DNA of 64,000 bases from NCBI GenBank assembly GCA_965206845.1, contig OZ242221.1, positions 256,001-320,000 on the forward strand, written 5' to 3'. Below are positions 38,541 through 48,819 of the stretch, in pieces. How positions within the stretch are numbered: the stretch's first letter is position 1; each line of letters starts with the position of its first letter. The DNA comes from Cenarchaeum sp. (lineage in GTDB: Archaea; Thermoproteota; Nitrososphaeria; Nitrososphaerales; Nitrosopumilaceae). The position numbers and the translations under genes are program-made. The notes below the pieces were generated by a model, which did no database searches, was not told the origin of the DNA, and saw only the letters and a program-made list of their open reading frames with translations.

Positions 38541-38771
38541 ATGGTGGACTACCGACTGACGCAGGAGGACAAGGAGCGGGTGGCAATGCTGGCCGTCGTG
38601 GAGAAGAACGGTCTCAAGCTGTTCAGCCTAAAGGAGATGGAGAGGCTGCGGGAGCTGGTGGAGAGAAAGGACTACAGCTACAGCAGGAAGGCCGACAGGG
38701 CCAAGACCAAGCTGCTAAACAAGATCAACGTGGCAATCTACGAGAAGGAGGAGGGCAGGCAGGGCATCTAG
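38541..38771 (+). CDS. Small hypothetical protein
   Basis: 76-aa ORF, natural composition, CTTAAAA box upstream. Confidence 0.7.
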   Translation: MVDYRLTQEDKERVAMLAVVEKNGLKLFSLKEMERLRELVERKDYSYSRKADRAKTKLLNKINVAIYEKEEGRQGI

Positions 38772-38824
38772 GCGCCGCGGGCTCATAGACTACATAGTTA
38801 TATCTAGACGGCCCCGATGTTTGT

Positions 38825-40855
38825 GTGGTGGAGAACAGCCTCATTAACGAGTCGAGCCCGTACCTGCTGCAGCACGCGCGCAATCCGGTACAGTGGCACG
38901 CATGGAACGAAGCCGCCCTGAAGAGGGCCCGGGGCGAGAACAAGCCCATCTTCTTGAGCATCGGGTACAGCTCATGCCACTGGTGCCACGTCATGGCCCA
39001 CGAGTCCTTTGAGAACGAGGATGTGGCCAGGATCATGAACGAGAACTTTGTGAACATCAAGGTGGACAGGGAGGAAAGGCCGGATCTTGACGACATATAC
39101 CAGAAGGTGTGCCAGATGGCCACTCGCCAGGGAGGGTGGCCCCTCAGCGTGTTTCTGACCCCGGACCAAAGGCCGTTCTACGTCGGAACGTACTTTCCCG
39201 TACTGGACTCCTACGGCCGTCCCGGCTTTGGCAGCATACTGAGGCAGCTTGCCCAGGCCTGGAAGGAGGATCATGCCAGGGTCGTCCGATCCGCGGAGAG
39301 CTTCTTGGGCAACCTTCAGAGGATCCAGCCTGCCGCGGTGAGCGGCGAGCTGGACAGGGCCACGCTTGATGAGGCGGCAGTCAACCTGTACCAGATGGGC
39401 GATGCCACGTACGGCGGCTTTGGCGGCGCCCCAAAGTTCCCCAGTGCGGCCAGCATCTCGTTTCTGTTCCGGTACTCAAGGCTGTCCGGAATCACCAGGT
39501 TTCAGGAATTTGGGCTAAAGACGCTGAACAGGATGGCCCGGGGTGGCATATTTGACCAGATAGGCGGCGGTTTTCACCGGTACTCCACCGACGCAAGGTG
39601 GCTGGTGCCGCACTTTGAGAAGATGCTGTACGACAACGCGCTGGTGCCCGTCAACTACGCCGAGGCCTACCAGATTACCCGGGATCCGTTCTACCTGGAT
39701 GTAATGCACAGCACCCTGGGGTTTGTGCTGCGGGAGATGACCTCGCCGCAAGGCGGGTTTTACTCCGCAATGGATGCGGATTCGGAGGGCGAGGAGGGCC
39801 TGTTCTACGTCTGGACAAAGTCCGAGATACGCGACATCTTGGGCGAGGACGCAGACGTCTTCTGCACTTACTATGACGTCACAGACGGCGGAAACTGGGA
39901 GGGCAGGACCATACTGTGCAACAACACAAACATATCTGCTGTCGCCTTTCATGCAGGCAAGACCGAACAGGAGGTACGGCAGATCCTGAAGGAATCCGCA
40001 CAAAAGCTGCTGGATGTTCGCGCGTCGCGGGTGCGCCCGGGCATGGACGACAAGATCCTAACCTCCTGGAACGCGCTCATGATCACCGCCCTGGCAAAGG
40101 GATACCGCCTGACCCGCCGGCAGGAGTACCTTGATGCGGCGGAACGGTGCGCCGGCTTTATCCTAAGGAAGATGTACCATGACGGCACGCTGCTGCGCGT
40201 GCACAGCGGCGGCCATGGAAAGATCCACGGCTATCTGGAGGACTATGCCTTCTTTGCATGCTCGCTCTTGGATCTGTTTGAGGTTACGGCAGAGGCGTCC
40301 TACCTCGAGTACGCGCGGGAGATGGCAGGGCACATGCTGGACCATTTCTGGGATGCGCAGGACGGCAGCTTCTTCATGACATCAGACAGCCACGAGAGGC
40401 TCATCATCAGGCCAAAGAGCAACCATGACCTGTCCCTGCCGTCTGGAAACTCCGTTGCCGCGGGCCTGCTGCTCCGGCTATACCACTTGGTACAGGATCG
40501 CAGGTTCCTGGATGTGTCCGCCGCTGTTATGGGATCCCAGGCCGTCTCTGCCGCAGAGAACCCGTTTGGATTCAGCCACCTCCTGAACGTAATCTACACG
40601 TACCTGAGGAGGCCTGTCGAGGTCACCGTACTGGGCAGGCACAACCCGGAGCTGGTCAGCTCGATAGAGCAGAGGTTCCTTCCCGAGGGCCTGATCGTAA
40701 CGGTACCAGAGAAGAGGCAGCTTGCCGGGCTTGCAGGGTATGCGTTCTTTGCTGGAAAGGAGTTTCCCGCGGACAGGACGCAGGTGTACATATGCCGGGA
40801 CGCTGCATGCTCGCTGCCCTTGGAGAGTCTGGACGAGATAGAGCCGCTGCTCTAG
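38825..40855 (+). CDS. Thioredoxin-domain protein of the YyaL/SSP411 (DUF255) family
   Basis: [60 protein letters not shown]. Confidence 0.95.
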   Translation: MVENSLINESSPYLLQHARNPVQWHAWNEAALKRARGENKPIFLSIGYSSCHWCHVMAHESFENEDVARIMNENFVNIKVDREERPDLDDIYQKVCQMATRQGGWPLSVFLTPDQRPFYVGTYFPVLDSYGRPGFGSILRQLAQAWKEDHARVVRSAESFLGNLQRIQPAAVSGELDRATLDEAAVNLYQMGDATYGGFGGAPKFPSAASISFLFRYSRLSGITRFQEFGLKTLNRMARGGIFDQIGGGFHRYSTDARWLVPHFEKMLYDNALVPVNYAEAYQITRDPFYLDVMHSTLGFVLREMTSPQGGFYSAMDADSEGEEGLFYVWTKSEIRDILGEDADVFCTYYDVTDGGNWEGRTILCNNTNISAVAFHAGKTEQEVRQILKESAQKLLDVRASRVRPGMDDKILTSWNALMITALAKGYRLTRRQEYLDAAERCAGFILRKMYHDGTLLRVHSGGHGKIHGYLEDYAFFACSLLDLFEVTAEASYLEYAREMAGHMLDHFWDAQDGSFFMTSDSHERLIIRPKSNHDLSLPSGNSVAAGLLLRLYHLVQDRRFLDVSAAVMGSQAVSAAENPFGFSHLLNVIYTYLRRPVEVTVLGRHNPELVSSIEQRFLPEGLIVTVPEKRQLAGLAGYAFFAGKEFPADRTQVYICRDAACSLPLESLDEIEPLL

Positions 40856-40871
40856 CCGGTCAGCGGTCGGC

Positions 40872-41201
40872 CTACCGCGCGCGCATCTTGGTGATGCCGA
40901 TGTCTAAAATCTGGCCCACCTGTGGGCGCCCCAGCCGCTCGTACCTGCTGCTGGGCATCGTTATGTTGATGGAGGTCTGCTGATAGCTCTTGATCTTTAT
41001 GGTGGGCTGTGCTTGAAGTATGGCCTCCAGGATTGGCATTATGTGCTGTTTTGTGTCGCTGTCCAGTTTTTTGGACAGTGACTCGCGGATCAACTGCTTT
41101 TGCGAGACTGGCTCTGTGTTGACGTTCTCAACTGCCGTCAGTTGAACCGCCTTGCCGTTGTCCACTATCTGCTGGATCCTAAACTCGTTAACCTCGGGCA
41201 T
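40872..41201 (-). CDS. Hypothetical protein
   Basis: From ATG 41201 (MPEVNEFRIQQ...YERLGRPQVGQ); the upstream part of the ORF looks non-coding. Confidence 0.7.
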   Translation of the reverse strand: MPEVNEFRIQQIVDNGKAVQLTAVENVNTEPVSQKQLIRESLSKKLDSDTKQHIMPILEAILQAQPTIKIKSYQQTSINITMPSSRYERLGRPQVGQILDIGITKMRAR

Positions 41202-41535
41202 TACCCTGTCTGGAAACCAAGCAGATTTATCTCTACCGTATCTGTGCCGTCGGGACCTGATCGCGGCATTTCCCGATCCGCCGTGCTTGCGCGCAGGCGC
41301 CGCCGGCCACATGATCGTGGTACCGTCTCCACGGCAGCCCTTCGGCGTGCCGTCCGCGCGACTACGCCCCGATCGAGCCGGCAGGCCGGACGGCATCACG
41401 GCCATGCATGTCCTGCCGCAGGACGCGCACCGTGACCGTCCCTGCCAGGCCCGATCCCAGGTCCGGGCACGGCAGCAGGGCCGACTGGCACACACACAAG
41501 TTATTTAAGATCATACGGATTCAACCAGAGCAGAA

Positions 41536-42363
41536 ATGCCCAGTCCAGATCAGTCCAAGTCCGCGCGCAGGCCTTCACCGCCAGATGGCGCGAAGCGGCC
41601 GCCCCCAGACTCCCCGACACCCAAGGGATCTGGCATGCCCCGCCGGACAGGCAACGACCCGCGCCTAGTGGTATCACTGATGGCCGCCGTAACCGTGGCT
41701 GCATTTCTTGGCGGGTACACCCTAGGGGACATGAACGATTCTGACGTCATTGCGCGCAGCGAGTCCACAGGGTTGCAGGAGGCTGATAAGGCAGAGTCCG
41801 GCCAGCTGCGCGCCGCCATCTCCATAGACGACGATCCCATACTGGGAGAGCCCAACGCGCCTGTAACCATAGTGGAGTTTTCTGACTTTCAGTGCCCCTT
41901 CTGTGCCAGGTTCCACCAGGAGACACTGCCGCGCATAGAGCAGGAGTACATCAGTACGGGCGTGGTAAACCTGGTGTACCGGGACATGCCGCTTCGCTCC
42001 CATGAAAACGCCATCCCCGCCCACATAGCGGCAGAGTGCGCAGACGTGCAGGGCGCCTTTTGGGCGTACCACGACATACTCTTTGAACACCAGAGGGAGT
42101 GGAGGGACGCTGGAGACGCGGAGCTGAATGCCAAGCTGCAAGGATATGCTGCAGAGCTGAACCTGGACTCGTCGTTTGGCGCATGTACAAGATCCTCAAG
42201 CATATCAGAGGAGATAGCTGCCGATGTCGCTCAGGCCAGGAGCTACGGTGTTGGCGCGACGCCCACGTTCTTTGTGGGAAACGCAGAGAGCGGCTATGTA
42301 ATGATAGAGGGGGCAAAACCGTTCTCTGAGTTTAAAAGCGCCATAGACGCCGCACTGACATGA
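41536..42363 (+). CDS. DsbA-family oxidoreductase
   Basis: DDDPILG...EFSDFQCPFC...GVGATPTF; N-terminal TM anchor. Confidence 0.92.
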   Translation: MPSPDQSKSARRPSPPDGAKRPPPDSPTPKGSGMPRRTGNDPRLVVSLMAAVTVAAFLGGYTLGDMNDSDVIARSESTGLQEADKAESGQLRAAISIDDDPILGEPNAPVTIVEFSDFQCPFCARFHQETLPRIEQEYISTGVVNLVYRDMPLRSHENAIPAHIAAECADVQGAFWAYHDILFEHQREWRDAGDAELNAKLQGYAAELNLDSSFGACTRSSSISEEIAADVAQARSYGVGATPTFFVGNAESGYVMIEGAKPFSEFKSAIDAALT

Positions 42364-42815
42364 TGTGGCGGCTGGAGCTAGAGGAGAACTATTTCCACAT
42401 ATATGACTCAAAGAAGGACATAGCAGGATATCTGGATCCCGACTACGGCAACGTCCAGCCAGAGGACGAACAGGACAGAATAATCGAGAGGATGCTAAAG
42501 GAGCGCGATACCGTGCAGGGCGCGTTTTTGATGCTGCCCATGGTAAAGTTCGGGGTATTTGACGTAGAGCACCTGGACGTGTCGTCCCTGCAGGACCAGA
42601 TAAGGGCCGCAGACGCCAGGGTTGTCGCATGGAGAAGGTTTCTTGACGGCCGGGGCGGGATTCCCCACTGGATCCACGTATCCCACACGGATCAGGACAT
42701 GCTCGCCGTTACAATTCCCATCAGGTTCTCAAGGCCCACGCCGCTAAAGGAGAGTGCGCTTCTAGAGGAAGCGGCGCCCATTCTGGATCAGCTGCATGAC
42801 CTGCGCCTATTGTGA
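42360..42815 (+). CDS. Hypothetical protein
   Basis: ATGA overlap with the DsbA gene; natural composition. Confidence 0.72.
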   Translation: MMWRLELEENYFHIYDSKKDIAGYLDPDYGNVQPEDEQDRIIERMLKERDTVQGAFLMLPMVKFGVFDVEHLDVSSLQDQIRAADARVVAWRRFLDGRGGIPHWIHVSHTDQDMLAVTIPIRFSRPTPLKESALLEEAAPILDQLHDLRLL

Positions 42816-42928
42816 GGTTGCCGCGCATACGGGGCCCGGAGTGCGCATATCCGCCAGGCAGAATGGGCCGTGTGCGTGGCGTTGCCATCCCACGAGATGC
42901 GCTTGCAGCCAGATGCAGGTCAGGCGCA

Positions 42929-43435
42929 TCACGGCACGGGCTGTGGGGTTGCGCCCCTCTTGGCCGCATTGAAGTGCGATAGCGCCGCCAGCTCGTATTC
43001 AAAAGACTCCTGGAACAGCTCGTCTGAGCGGATCTGGTGCGATATGTCGCCGGTCTCCAACCACAGCAGGAGCTCTCTGACGCTGTCTGTCTGGGACACC
43101 GTAGAAAGCCTGAAGAGCTCCACCGAGGGAACAAACGGTCCCGGGATGTCCAGGCTGTCGTACTGCAGTGAGATCGCCTCCAGCTCCATCACATGCCTAT
43201 TTGTGTACTCGATAAAATCCTGCCGGGAGATGTCGCCCTCTTCCAGTATGATCCTCTGGCTCTCAAACGACTCCTGGGCGGCCTTGAGGTTCTCCTGGAT
43301 CTGCTGCAGCTGGTTGCCAAACGCAAGGCCCTTGATCCTCACCTGCTCAAGGTAGTAGCCGTACCCGATCGCCATGGAGACCACCACCGTCGCGACAACC
43401 CCCAGTGCGATTGCCTGCCTTCTTCGCTTCTTCAA
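42929..43435 (-). CDS. Hypothetical membrane-anchored helical protein
   Basis: Basic N-terminus plus TM helix, then a coiled region. Confidence 0.72.
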   Translation of the reverse strand: MKKRRRQAIALGVVATVVVSMAIGYGYYLEQVRIKGLAFGNQLQQIQENLKAAQESFESQRIILEEGDISRQDFIEYTNRHVMELEAISLQYDSLDIPGPFVPSVELFRLSTVSQTDSVRELLLWLETGDISHQIRSDELFQESFEYELAALSHFNAAKRGATPQPVP

Positions 43436-43441
43436 GTTGAA

Positions 43442-43729
43442 TCAGTTGATATAGGCTCCGTCGGCGTCTGTCTCAAGCAATATAGTCATAACTGTGCCAC
43501 TGATAAAGGACTCGTTTCTTATGGTCCTGACTCTGCCCACATCCAGATGGTGCGGCCAGATCTCCACCACTATGGCTCCGACCTTTACGTTATCGGGGGC
43601 GTCTGTCAGGACGATGTCCTCCTGCCTTACGCCGTAGTCCTGGAGTTTCTTTACCGAGTGCTTCACCAAGGGCTCCGGATTGTTGTGGTTAATAGCCCAG
43701 ACGGTGCCCTCATACTGGATCTTCTCCAT
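43442..43729 (-). CDS. Hypothetical protein
   Basis: MEKIQYEGTVWAINH...RVRTIRNESFISG; operon-like spacing with neighbours. Confidence 0.72.
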   Translation of the reverse strand: MEKIQYEGTVWAINHNNPEPLVKHSVKKLQDYGVRQEDIVLTDAPDNVKVGAIVVEIWPHHLDVGRVRTIRNESFISGTVMTILLETDADGAYIN

Positions 43730-43762
43730 TGATGGTTGCATTGCGCATCCCTTCTATAACAG

Positions 43763-43994
43763 TTATTCGGGATCGAACACGGTAAGGGTCATGGTGCTCA
43801 TGACCCTGCTCAGCCTTCGGATCCTGTAGGTTATCGTCCTCTCAAAGTCCTCCGGGATCTCTGTGAACCTCAGCTAGCACGTCATAGGCCCCAAGCACAA
43901 GGCAGGCATCTGTCACGCCGGGCACCCGCTTCATCTCCTCGACGACATTCCCCTCTGCCCCGAGATCACAGTTTATCAGGATATAGCCATGCAT
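43763..43994 (-). pseudogene. Lrp/AsnC ligand-binding-domain protein with a one-base frameshift
   Basis: MHGYILINCDLGAE...GAYDVLAEV in one frame; ...EDFERTITYRIRRLSRVMSTMTL* in the next; span 232 nt = 3n+1. Confidence 0.75.
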
Positions 43995-44247
43995 CTCTTC
44001 TACACCGGACGCGGCGACTCTCCTTAAAAAAATTAAGCGAAACGCAAGATCACGGGCTCGCGCCCAGGCAGGCCCCTGCGCTCTGCCCTGCTGAGCCCCC
44101 ACGAACCACTGCCGGAATGGCGCTGGCGCAATGCCACGGATCGGCGGCATGCCCGGGGGACATGCAAGGTACCGCACAGTCAAGCCGGCAGGGCCGAACC
44201 GGATATGGCATGTCGCGCAAAGTGCTGTGCCGCACAGAAAGGATAGC

Positions 44248-45588
44248 CTAGTATCTCTTGGAGCTATCCCCGGTGCCGAATCGCCTATTTGATGATCCAT
44301 GCCTGGGCGGGCGGCTTCGTCCGTCGCGGGCATCTCCCCTGCCACGGCCATCTCCCCCACCGCGGCCGTACCGTCCCGGCTGGCCACGTCCAAAGGATCT
44401 GCGCCTGCCGTCTTGGGAGTCCCCATACCGCCTGGAGGTGACAGCCCTCTTGAGCGGGTCCGGAATTCTCACCTCGATGCCCATCTCTTTGTTCAGATCG
44501 GTCATCTCAACCTTGACCTGGCGCTTGATTATCTCAAAGTCAGGCACCGACGAGTACGAGACCAGGGTTATGGCCCGCCCCTTTGCACCTGCCCTGGCGG
44601 TTCTGCCAATCCTGTGAAAGTATACCATCTCCTGGTTGGGTATGTCGTAGTTGACCACCAGCGCCACCCGCGGAACGTCGATTCCCCTGGCGGCGACATC
44701 TGTTGCCACCAGTATCTGGGCCTTTCCCTGCCGGAAGCGCCCCATGGCCTGCTCCCTTCTGTGCTGCGACATGTCACCCTCGATGGCCACCGCATCAAGG
44801 TTCCGCCTGTGCAGCATCCGTACAACATCCCGGGTTCTGATCTTGGTGGAGCAGAATACGATGCACTGGCCCTTGTGGTTGTCATTGATAAAGTCAAGCA
44901 AGTGTTGCTCCTTCTCCCTGTCCCGTATCACAAGATATGATTGATCAATCCCCTCGCCGCTCAGATCATCGGCATCCAACAGGAACTGCTTGGGGTTTCT
45001 CAGATAGTCCTCTGACAGCCGCAGGATCTCTGTGGGCATCGTGGCAGAGAACATGGACATCACCTTGTCCTCCGGTGTGCGGTTCAGGATGAACTGGATA
45101 TCGTCAATGAAGCCCATATCTAGCATCGTATCTGCCTCGTCTAGGACGGTGTGGGCAATGACGTCTAGCGTGATCGAGCCCCTCTTGAGGTGATCGATCA
45201 GACGGCCCGGTGTGGCAACAAGTATCTCGACCCCCCTCTCAAGGGCATCAAGCTGGATTGGCATTCCCTGGCCACCATATATTGGAGCCGACCGTATGCG
45301 CGTATGCTTTGCAAACTTTACAATCTCTGCATTGATCTGAATTGCCAGCTCCCGGGTTGGTGCGATGATGAGTCCCTGTATCCCCTTTTTAGGCTTTATG
45401 GTTTGAAGCATGGAAATCAGATATGCGCCGGTCTTGCCGGTACCCGTATGGGCCTGGCCCACGACATCCCGTCCTGACAGCAGAACCGGTATGGCTGCCT
45501 CCTGAATGGGAAATGTGTCCTCAAAGCCCATCTCGTCTAGCGCGTCTAGTATCTCTTTTTTTATTTCTAGTTCTTCAAATTTTGTCAT
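44248..45588 (-). CDS. DEAD-box RNA helicase
   Basis: Q motif, AHTGTGKT, PTRELA, TPGR, DEAD, SAT, ARGID, HRIGRTAR, RGG-rich tail. Confidence 0.97.
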   Translation of the reverse strand: MTKFEELEIKKEILDALDEMGFEDTFPIQEAAIPVLLSGRDVVGQAHTGTGKTGAYLISMLQTIKPKKGIQGLIIAPTRELAIQINAEIVKFAKHTRIRSAPIYGGQGMPIQLDALERGVEILVATPGRLIDHLKRGSITLDVIAHTVLDEADTMLDMGFIDDIQFILNRTPEDKVMSMFSATMPTEILRLSEDYLRNPKQFLLDADDLSGEGIDQSYLVIRDREKEQHLLDFINDNHKGQCIVFCSTKIRTRDVVRMLHRRNLDAVAIEGDMSQHRREQAMGRFRQGKAQILVATDVAARGIDVPRVALVVNYDIPNQEMVYFHRIGRTARAGAKGRAITLVSYSSVPDFEIIKRQVKVEMTDLNKEMGIEVRIPDPLKRAVTSRRYGDSQDGRRRSFGRGQPGRYGRGGGDGRGRGDARDGRSRPPRHGSSNRRFGTGDSSKRY

Positions 45589-45691
45589 TTTTTGTTCCTT
45601 AATGACTCAGAAAAGCCTGCTGCTTAGCCTGTTATCATTACTTGGTAACTCATTTGCTTTTTTGAGGCCTAATAAACCATTGCGAAGGCGC

Positions 45692-46920
45692 GGCTGTGTC
45701 CTAGAGACATAACCCCACAATCATCCGCCGTCGTCGCGTCGGTACGGGTATTCTTCGAATTCTTGGGATTGCGGTATTTTTCCCACATCTCCGGCTTCAA
45801 ACGCTGTCCGAAACTGTAAAATCCCATCCGATCCAAGGGATGGTGCGCAGGCTCCCCTACGGGCGGCGCGGGTGTCTCCGCGCCGGTTATGCAGCCATTG
45901 CAGTGAGCGACTCGTGCGTGAGCCTGCCGCTTTTTACGTGCGATCGCGCGACTACCTCTATGTTGTAACAAATGATCCGGATTGCAACCTCTCGGTTCTG
46001 CCGGACGAGCCTCCTGCCCCGGAGGTGGTTCCCGTACATCTTCTTGATTGCCCCAAAGACGGCTTCGATTATGCTGCGCTGGTGGTACTCTGCCATGAAC
46101 CTGTCAAGGTCGTCCCTGTGGGTCCGGGTCATCTCGCCCCAGGCCTGGCTGCCGCCGTTCTTGCAGGTCGTGTTGGATTTGGGCAGGATGCGGGGCGTCA
46201 TGCCCATGCCGGCTATCGCGTCGCATATCAGTCTGGCCAGGTAGGCCGAGTCCAGGCAAAAGTTGCCGTTCCCGTCCGCAAGCCGGTCCAACATGGGCCA
46301 CATGCCGGTGATGTCGGAGGTGTATCCGTCGGTGACGTGATAGTCCAGGATGGCTCTGGTCGCGATATCGATGATGCTGTGAAGCTTGATCCACCCGCGC
46401 TTGGTCTTGGCCTGGCTGTGGCGGATGCTGAACCAGCGGACGAACCGGTTGCCTGAGTAGCCGGTGCTGTCCCCGGCCAGCGAACCGGCCACGATGTCGC
46501 CTGTGATCCTCAGGTGAACCTCGCGCAGGTACGACTCGGGGATCAGGCCGTAGGCGCGCCATATGGTGCTCTTGGAGGGTATCCCGGACAGCCCGATCCT
46601 GCTGACAAGATCCGGGTGCATTCTGAGGTAGCCCACCATCTTCCTGTAGGTCTTCATCTCTGCCTCCATCATGATGCAGACAACGGCCATGGCCTTTGGC
46701 GGATAGGCGGTCATGCCGCCCAGTCCAGGTCTGGCTTGGTAGGGGTCACCCATCTCCTTGATGGTGTTCAATATGGTGCTCAGTATCAGGCCCGGCAGGT
46801 ACTGCTGGACAATATTGAATGGTCGCTGATCGCGTCTTCCATCTGTCATTGGCGGGGCCGCGATCCGCCGATCAATATACCCTGCTATTTAGAGATGATC
46901 TATATCTGTAGGACACAGCC
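45692..46920 (-). mobile_element. Intact insertion sequence, IS5/IS4-like DDE family, 1229 bp
   Basis: IRs GGCTGTGTCCTAGAGACATA and reverse complement GGCTGTGTCCTACAGATATA (18/20); 9-bp TSD CGAAGGCGC at 45683-45691 and 46921-46929. Confidence 0.93.
45887..46849 (-). CDS. DDE transposase (IS5-like)
   Basis: GDSTG, WIKLH, CLDSAY, YHQRSIIEAVFGAIK (YxxRxxxE), ICYN. Confidence 0.92.
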   Translation of the reverse strand: MTDGRRDQRPFNIVQQYLPGLILSTILNTIKEMGDPYQARPGLGGMTAYPPKAMAVVCIMMEAEMKTYRKMVGYLRMHPDLVSRIGLSGIPSKSTIWRAYGLIPESYLREVHLRITGDIVAGSLAGDSTGYSGNRFVRWFSIRHSQAKTKRGWIKLHSIIDIATRAILDYHVTDGYTSDITGMWPMLDRLADGNGNFCLDSAYLARLICDAIAGMGMTPRILPKSNTTCKNGGSQAWGEMTRTHRDDLDRFMAEYHQRSIIEAVFGAIKKMYGNHLRGRRLVRQNREVAIRIICYNIEVVARSHVKSGRLTHESLTAMAA

Positions 46921-47115
46921 CGAAGGCGCGGGATTCGGTACCTGCATGCCGTGCGACCTGTACAGGATCAGGATCCTGCCCGACGGATCTTTAGGATCGC
47001 GCCACAGGGGATGGCGCGCAGGACAGCTTGTCAGACGGCCCTGCCGTCGCATGCCGCAGAAAGTGCGCGACATGCCCGCAGGCGATCCCCGGACATAGCC
47101 GATTAACCAGTAGGA

Positions 47116-47189
47116 AGCCAATGGAGGGCTTTGAACCCTCGACCTTTCGCTTACAAGGCGAATGCTCTACCAGGCTGAGCTACATTGGC
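47116..47189 (-). tRNA. tRNA-Thr(UGU)
   Basis: GCCAATGTAGCTCAGCCTGGTAGAGCA-TTCGC-CTTGTAA-GCGAA...GGTTCAAAGCC...CATTGGC-T. Confidence 0.93.
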
Positions 47190-47314
47190 ATGGGCTAGAG
47201 TCAAGATTCTAGCGATTTAAAGTGTTGCCACCGGCTCGGGGTCGTCGCGCGGCAGATCCTGATCCGGCAGGGTGATCTCAGTTTTTATACCGTAAACCCC
47301 ACCTCAGATTACCG

Positions 47315-47515
47315 ATGAAGTACATCAAGCCGCAAAAGCTGAAGGTGATGTTCGTTGCGTTCTTTGCTACCGGTGCCTTTGGGATCTTTTTAGGCCTTAC
47401 CGAGAGCGCGTTTTACATTACCAGTCTCGGGGTGATCAACATCTGCCTTGGAGGCTTGGTCGGGTGGATCCTTTTGACCCAGAAGCCCAGGGACAAGAAG
47501 AAAAGGAGACACTAG
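47315..47515 (+). CDS. Small two-TM membrane protein
   Basis: Two hydrophobic helices and a basic tail; TTTATA box upstream. Confidence 0.75.
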   Translation: MKYIKPQKLKVMFVAFFATGAFGIFLGLTESAFYITSLGVINICLGGLVGWILLTQKPRDKKKRRH

Positions 47516-47606
47516 CCGCGCGGCGGGTGTCAGATATGTCACCTTCGTGTCGACCATCCAAAAAGACTGCCATCTTTATTAGTGCTGAAATCTGCCCAGT
47601 AATGGT

Positions 47607-48062
47607 ATGAATGTGGGCGACGTGTCCCCCGGCTTTGAGCTCCCTGCAAGCGACGGGAGCACGGTATACTTGGAATCGTTTAGGGGGAAGAAGAGCGTTG
47701 TTCTCTGCTTTTATCCAAAGAACCACCTCTTTGCATGCCCCTCAAAGATGGTGTTCAAGATGGCCCGGAGCGTGATTGCAGCCCATCCTGAGATCATCTC
47801 ACTCGATGCGGTTCTTTTTGCAATATCGGTGGATACCGTGGAGTCGCAAAAGGAGTTCGTAGAGAAGTACGGCGTGCCGTACCTGCACCTAAGCGACACC
47901 TCAAGGAACACCTGCAGGAGGTATGCAGGCCTCAACCTTGTCCGGCTGGCCAAGCGCTCCACGTTTGTGATCGATGTGGAGGGAAGGATAGCGAAGATCT
48001 TCCGGGAGATCGACGTTGAAAACCACGGCAGGCAGATTGTGGACTTTTTGAAGGGAGACTGA
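47607..48062 (+). CDS. Peroxiredoxin (Bcp/AhpC-TSA family), atypical active site
   Basis: VVLCFYPK...C, AISVDT, LSD, KRSTFVID. Confidence 0.85.
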   Translation: MNVGDVSPGFELPASDGSTVYLESFRGKKSVVLCFYPKNHLFACPSKMVFKMARSVIAAHPEIISLDAVLFAISVDTVESQKEFVEKYGVPYLHLSDTSRNTCRRYAGLNLVRLAKRSTFVIDVEGRIAKIFREIDVENHGRQIVDFLKGD

Positions 48063-48267
48063 GCCAGCTACAGATATGACGGGCGCCCAGACGGCCTGCG
48101 GCGCAAGACGTTCGTCTCTGGAGCAAAAAGACCTGCCGGATGCCGCGCACCAGAGGAGACGACGGCGCCCGCATGCGGCGCGGTATTGGGCATGAGCCAC
48201 GGAGCCTGCCGGCTTGCAGTCCTGAGTCAAACTATAAATAAATTAAATTCTTTCAAGGAATCAAGAA

Positions 48268-48819
48268 TTGCTCGATCTTGTCGCAAAAAAACTGTTTCTT
48301 ACAAGGGGCAGGGGTATACACGAGGACAAGCTTACCAGCTTTGAGTATGCCCTGAGGGATGCCGGAATCGCCGGAACCAACTTGGTGCTGATCTCAAGCA
48401 TCTTTCCCCCGCATGCCAGGCTGATCTCCAGAAGGGAGGGCCTCGACATGGTAAAGTCGGGACAGATTCTGTTTACGATATACTCCAAGAACCAGACCAA
48501 CGAGCCGCACCGGCTCTGTGCCGCATCGGTTGGCGTTGCGCAGCCAAAGGACTCAAGCAGGTACGGATACCTCTCCGAGTACGACTCGTTTGGTCAGAAC
48601 CAAAAGCAGGCAGGCGACTATGCCGAGGATATAGCGGCCCAGATGCTCGCATCGTCCCTCGGGATACCATTTGACATCGACACAAGTTGGGACGAGAAGA
48701 GGCAGCAGTGGAACATATCCGGAGAGATCTACAATACCACCAACACCACCCAGATTGCCAGGGGCGACCGGGACGGAAAGTGGACCACCGTGTTTGCTGC
48801 CGCAGTGCTTCTGGTCTAG
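48268..48819 (+). CDS. pdaD: Pyruvoyl-dependent arginine decarboxylase
   Basis: SFEYALRDAGI...NLVLISSIFPP (Ser-Ser cleavage site), YGYLSE, WTTVFAAAV. Confidence 0.92.
   Translation: MLDLVAKKLFLTRGRGIHEDKLTSFEYALRDAGIAGTNLVLISSIFPPHARLISRREGLDMVKSGQILFTIYSKNQTNEPHRLCAASVGVAQPKDSSRYGYLSEYDSFGQNQKQAGDYAEDIAAQMLASSLGIPFDIDTSWDEKRQQWNISGEIYNTTNTTQIARGDRDGKWTTVFAAAVLLV

Noticed and set aside
45624-45653. 9-codon uORF (MSYQVMITG) ahead of the DEAD-box helicase
   Set aside because: Its ATG lies at or just upstream of the predicted TSS; too short to support without expression data
48268-48819. Functional link of pdaD to the urea cluster (arginine to agmatine to urea)
   Set aside because: No agmatinase nearby; archaeal PdaD has housekeeping roles (agmatidine, polyamines)
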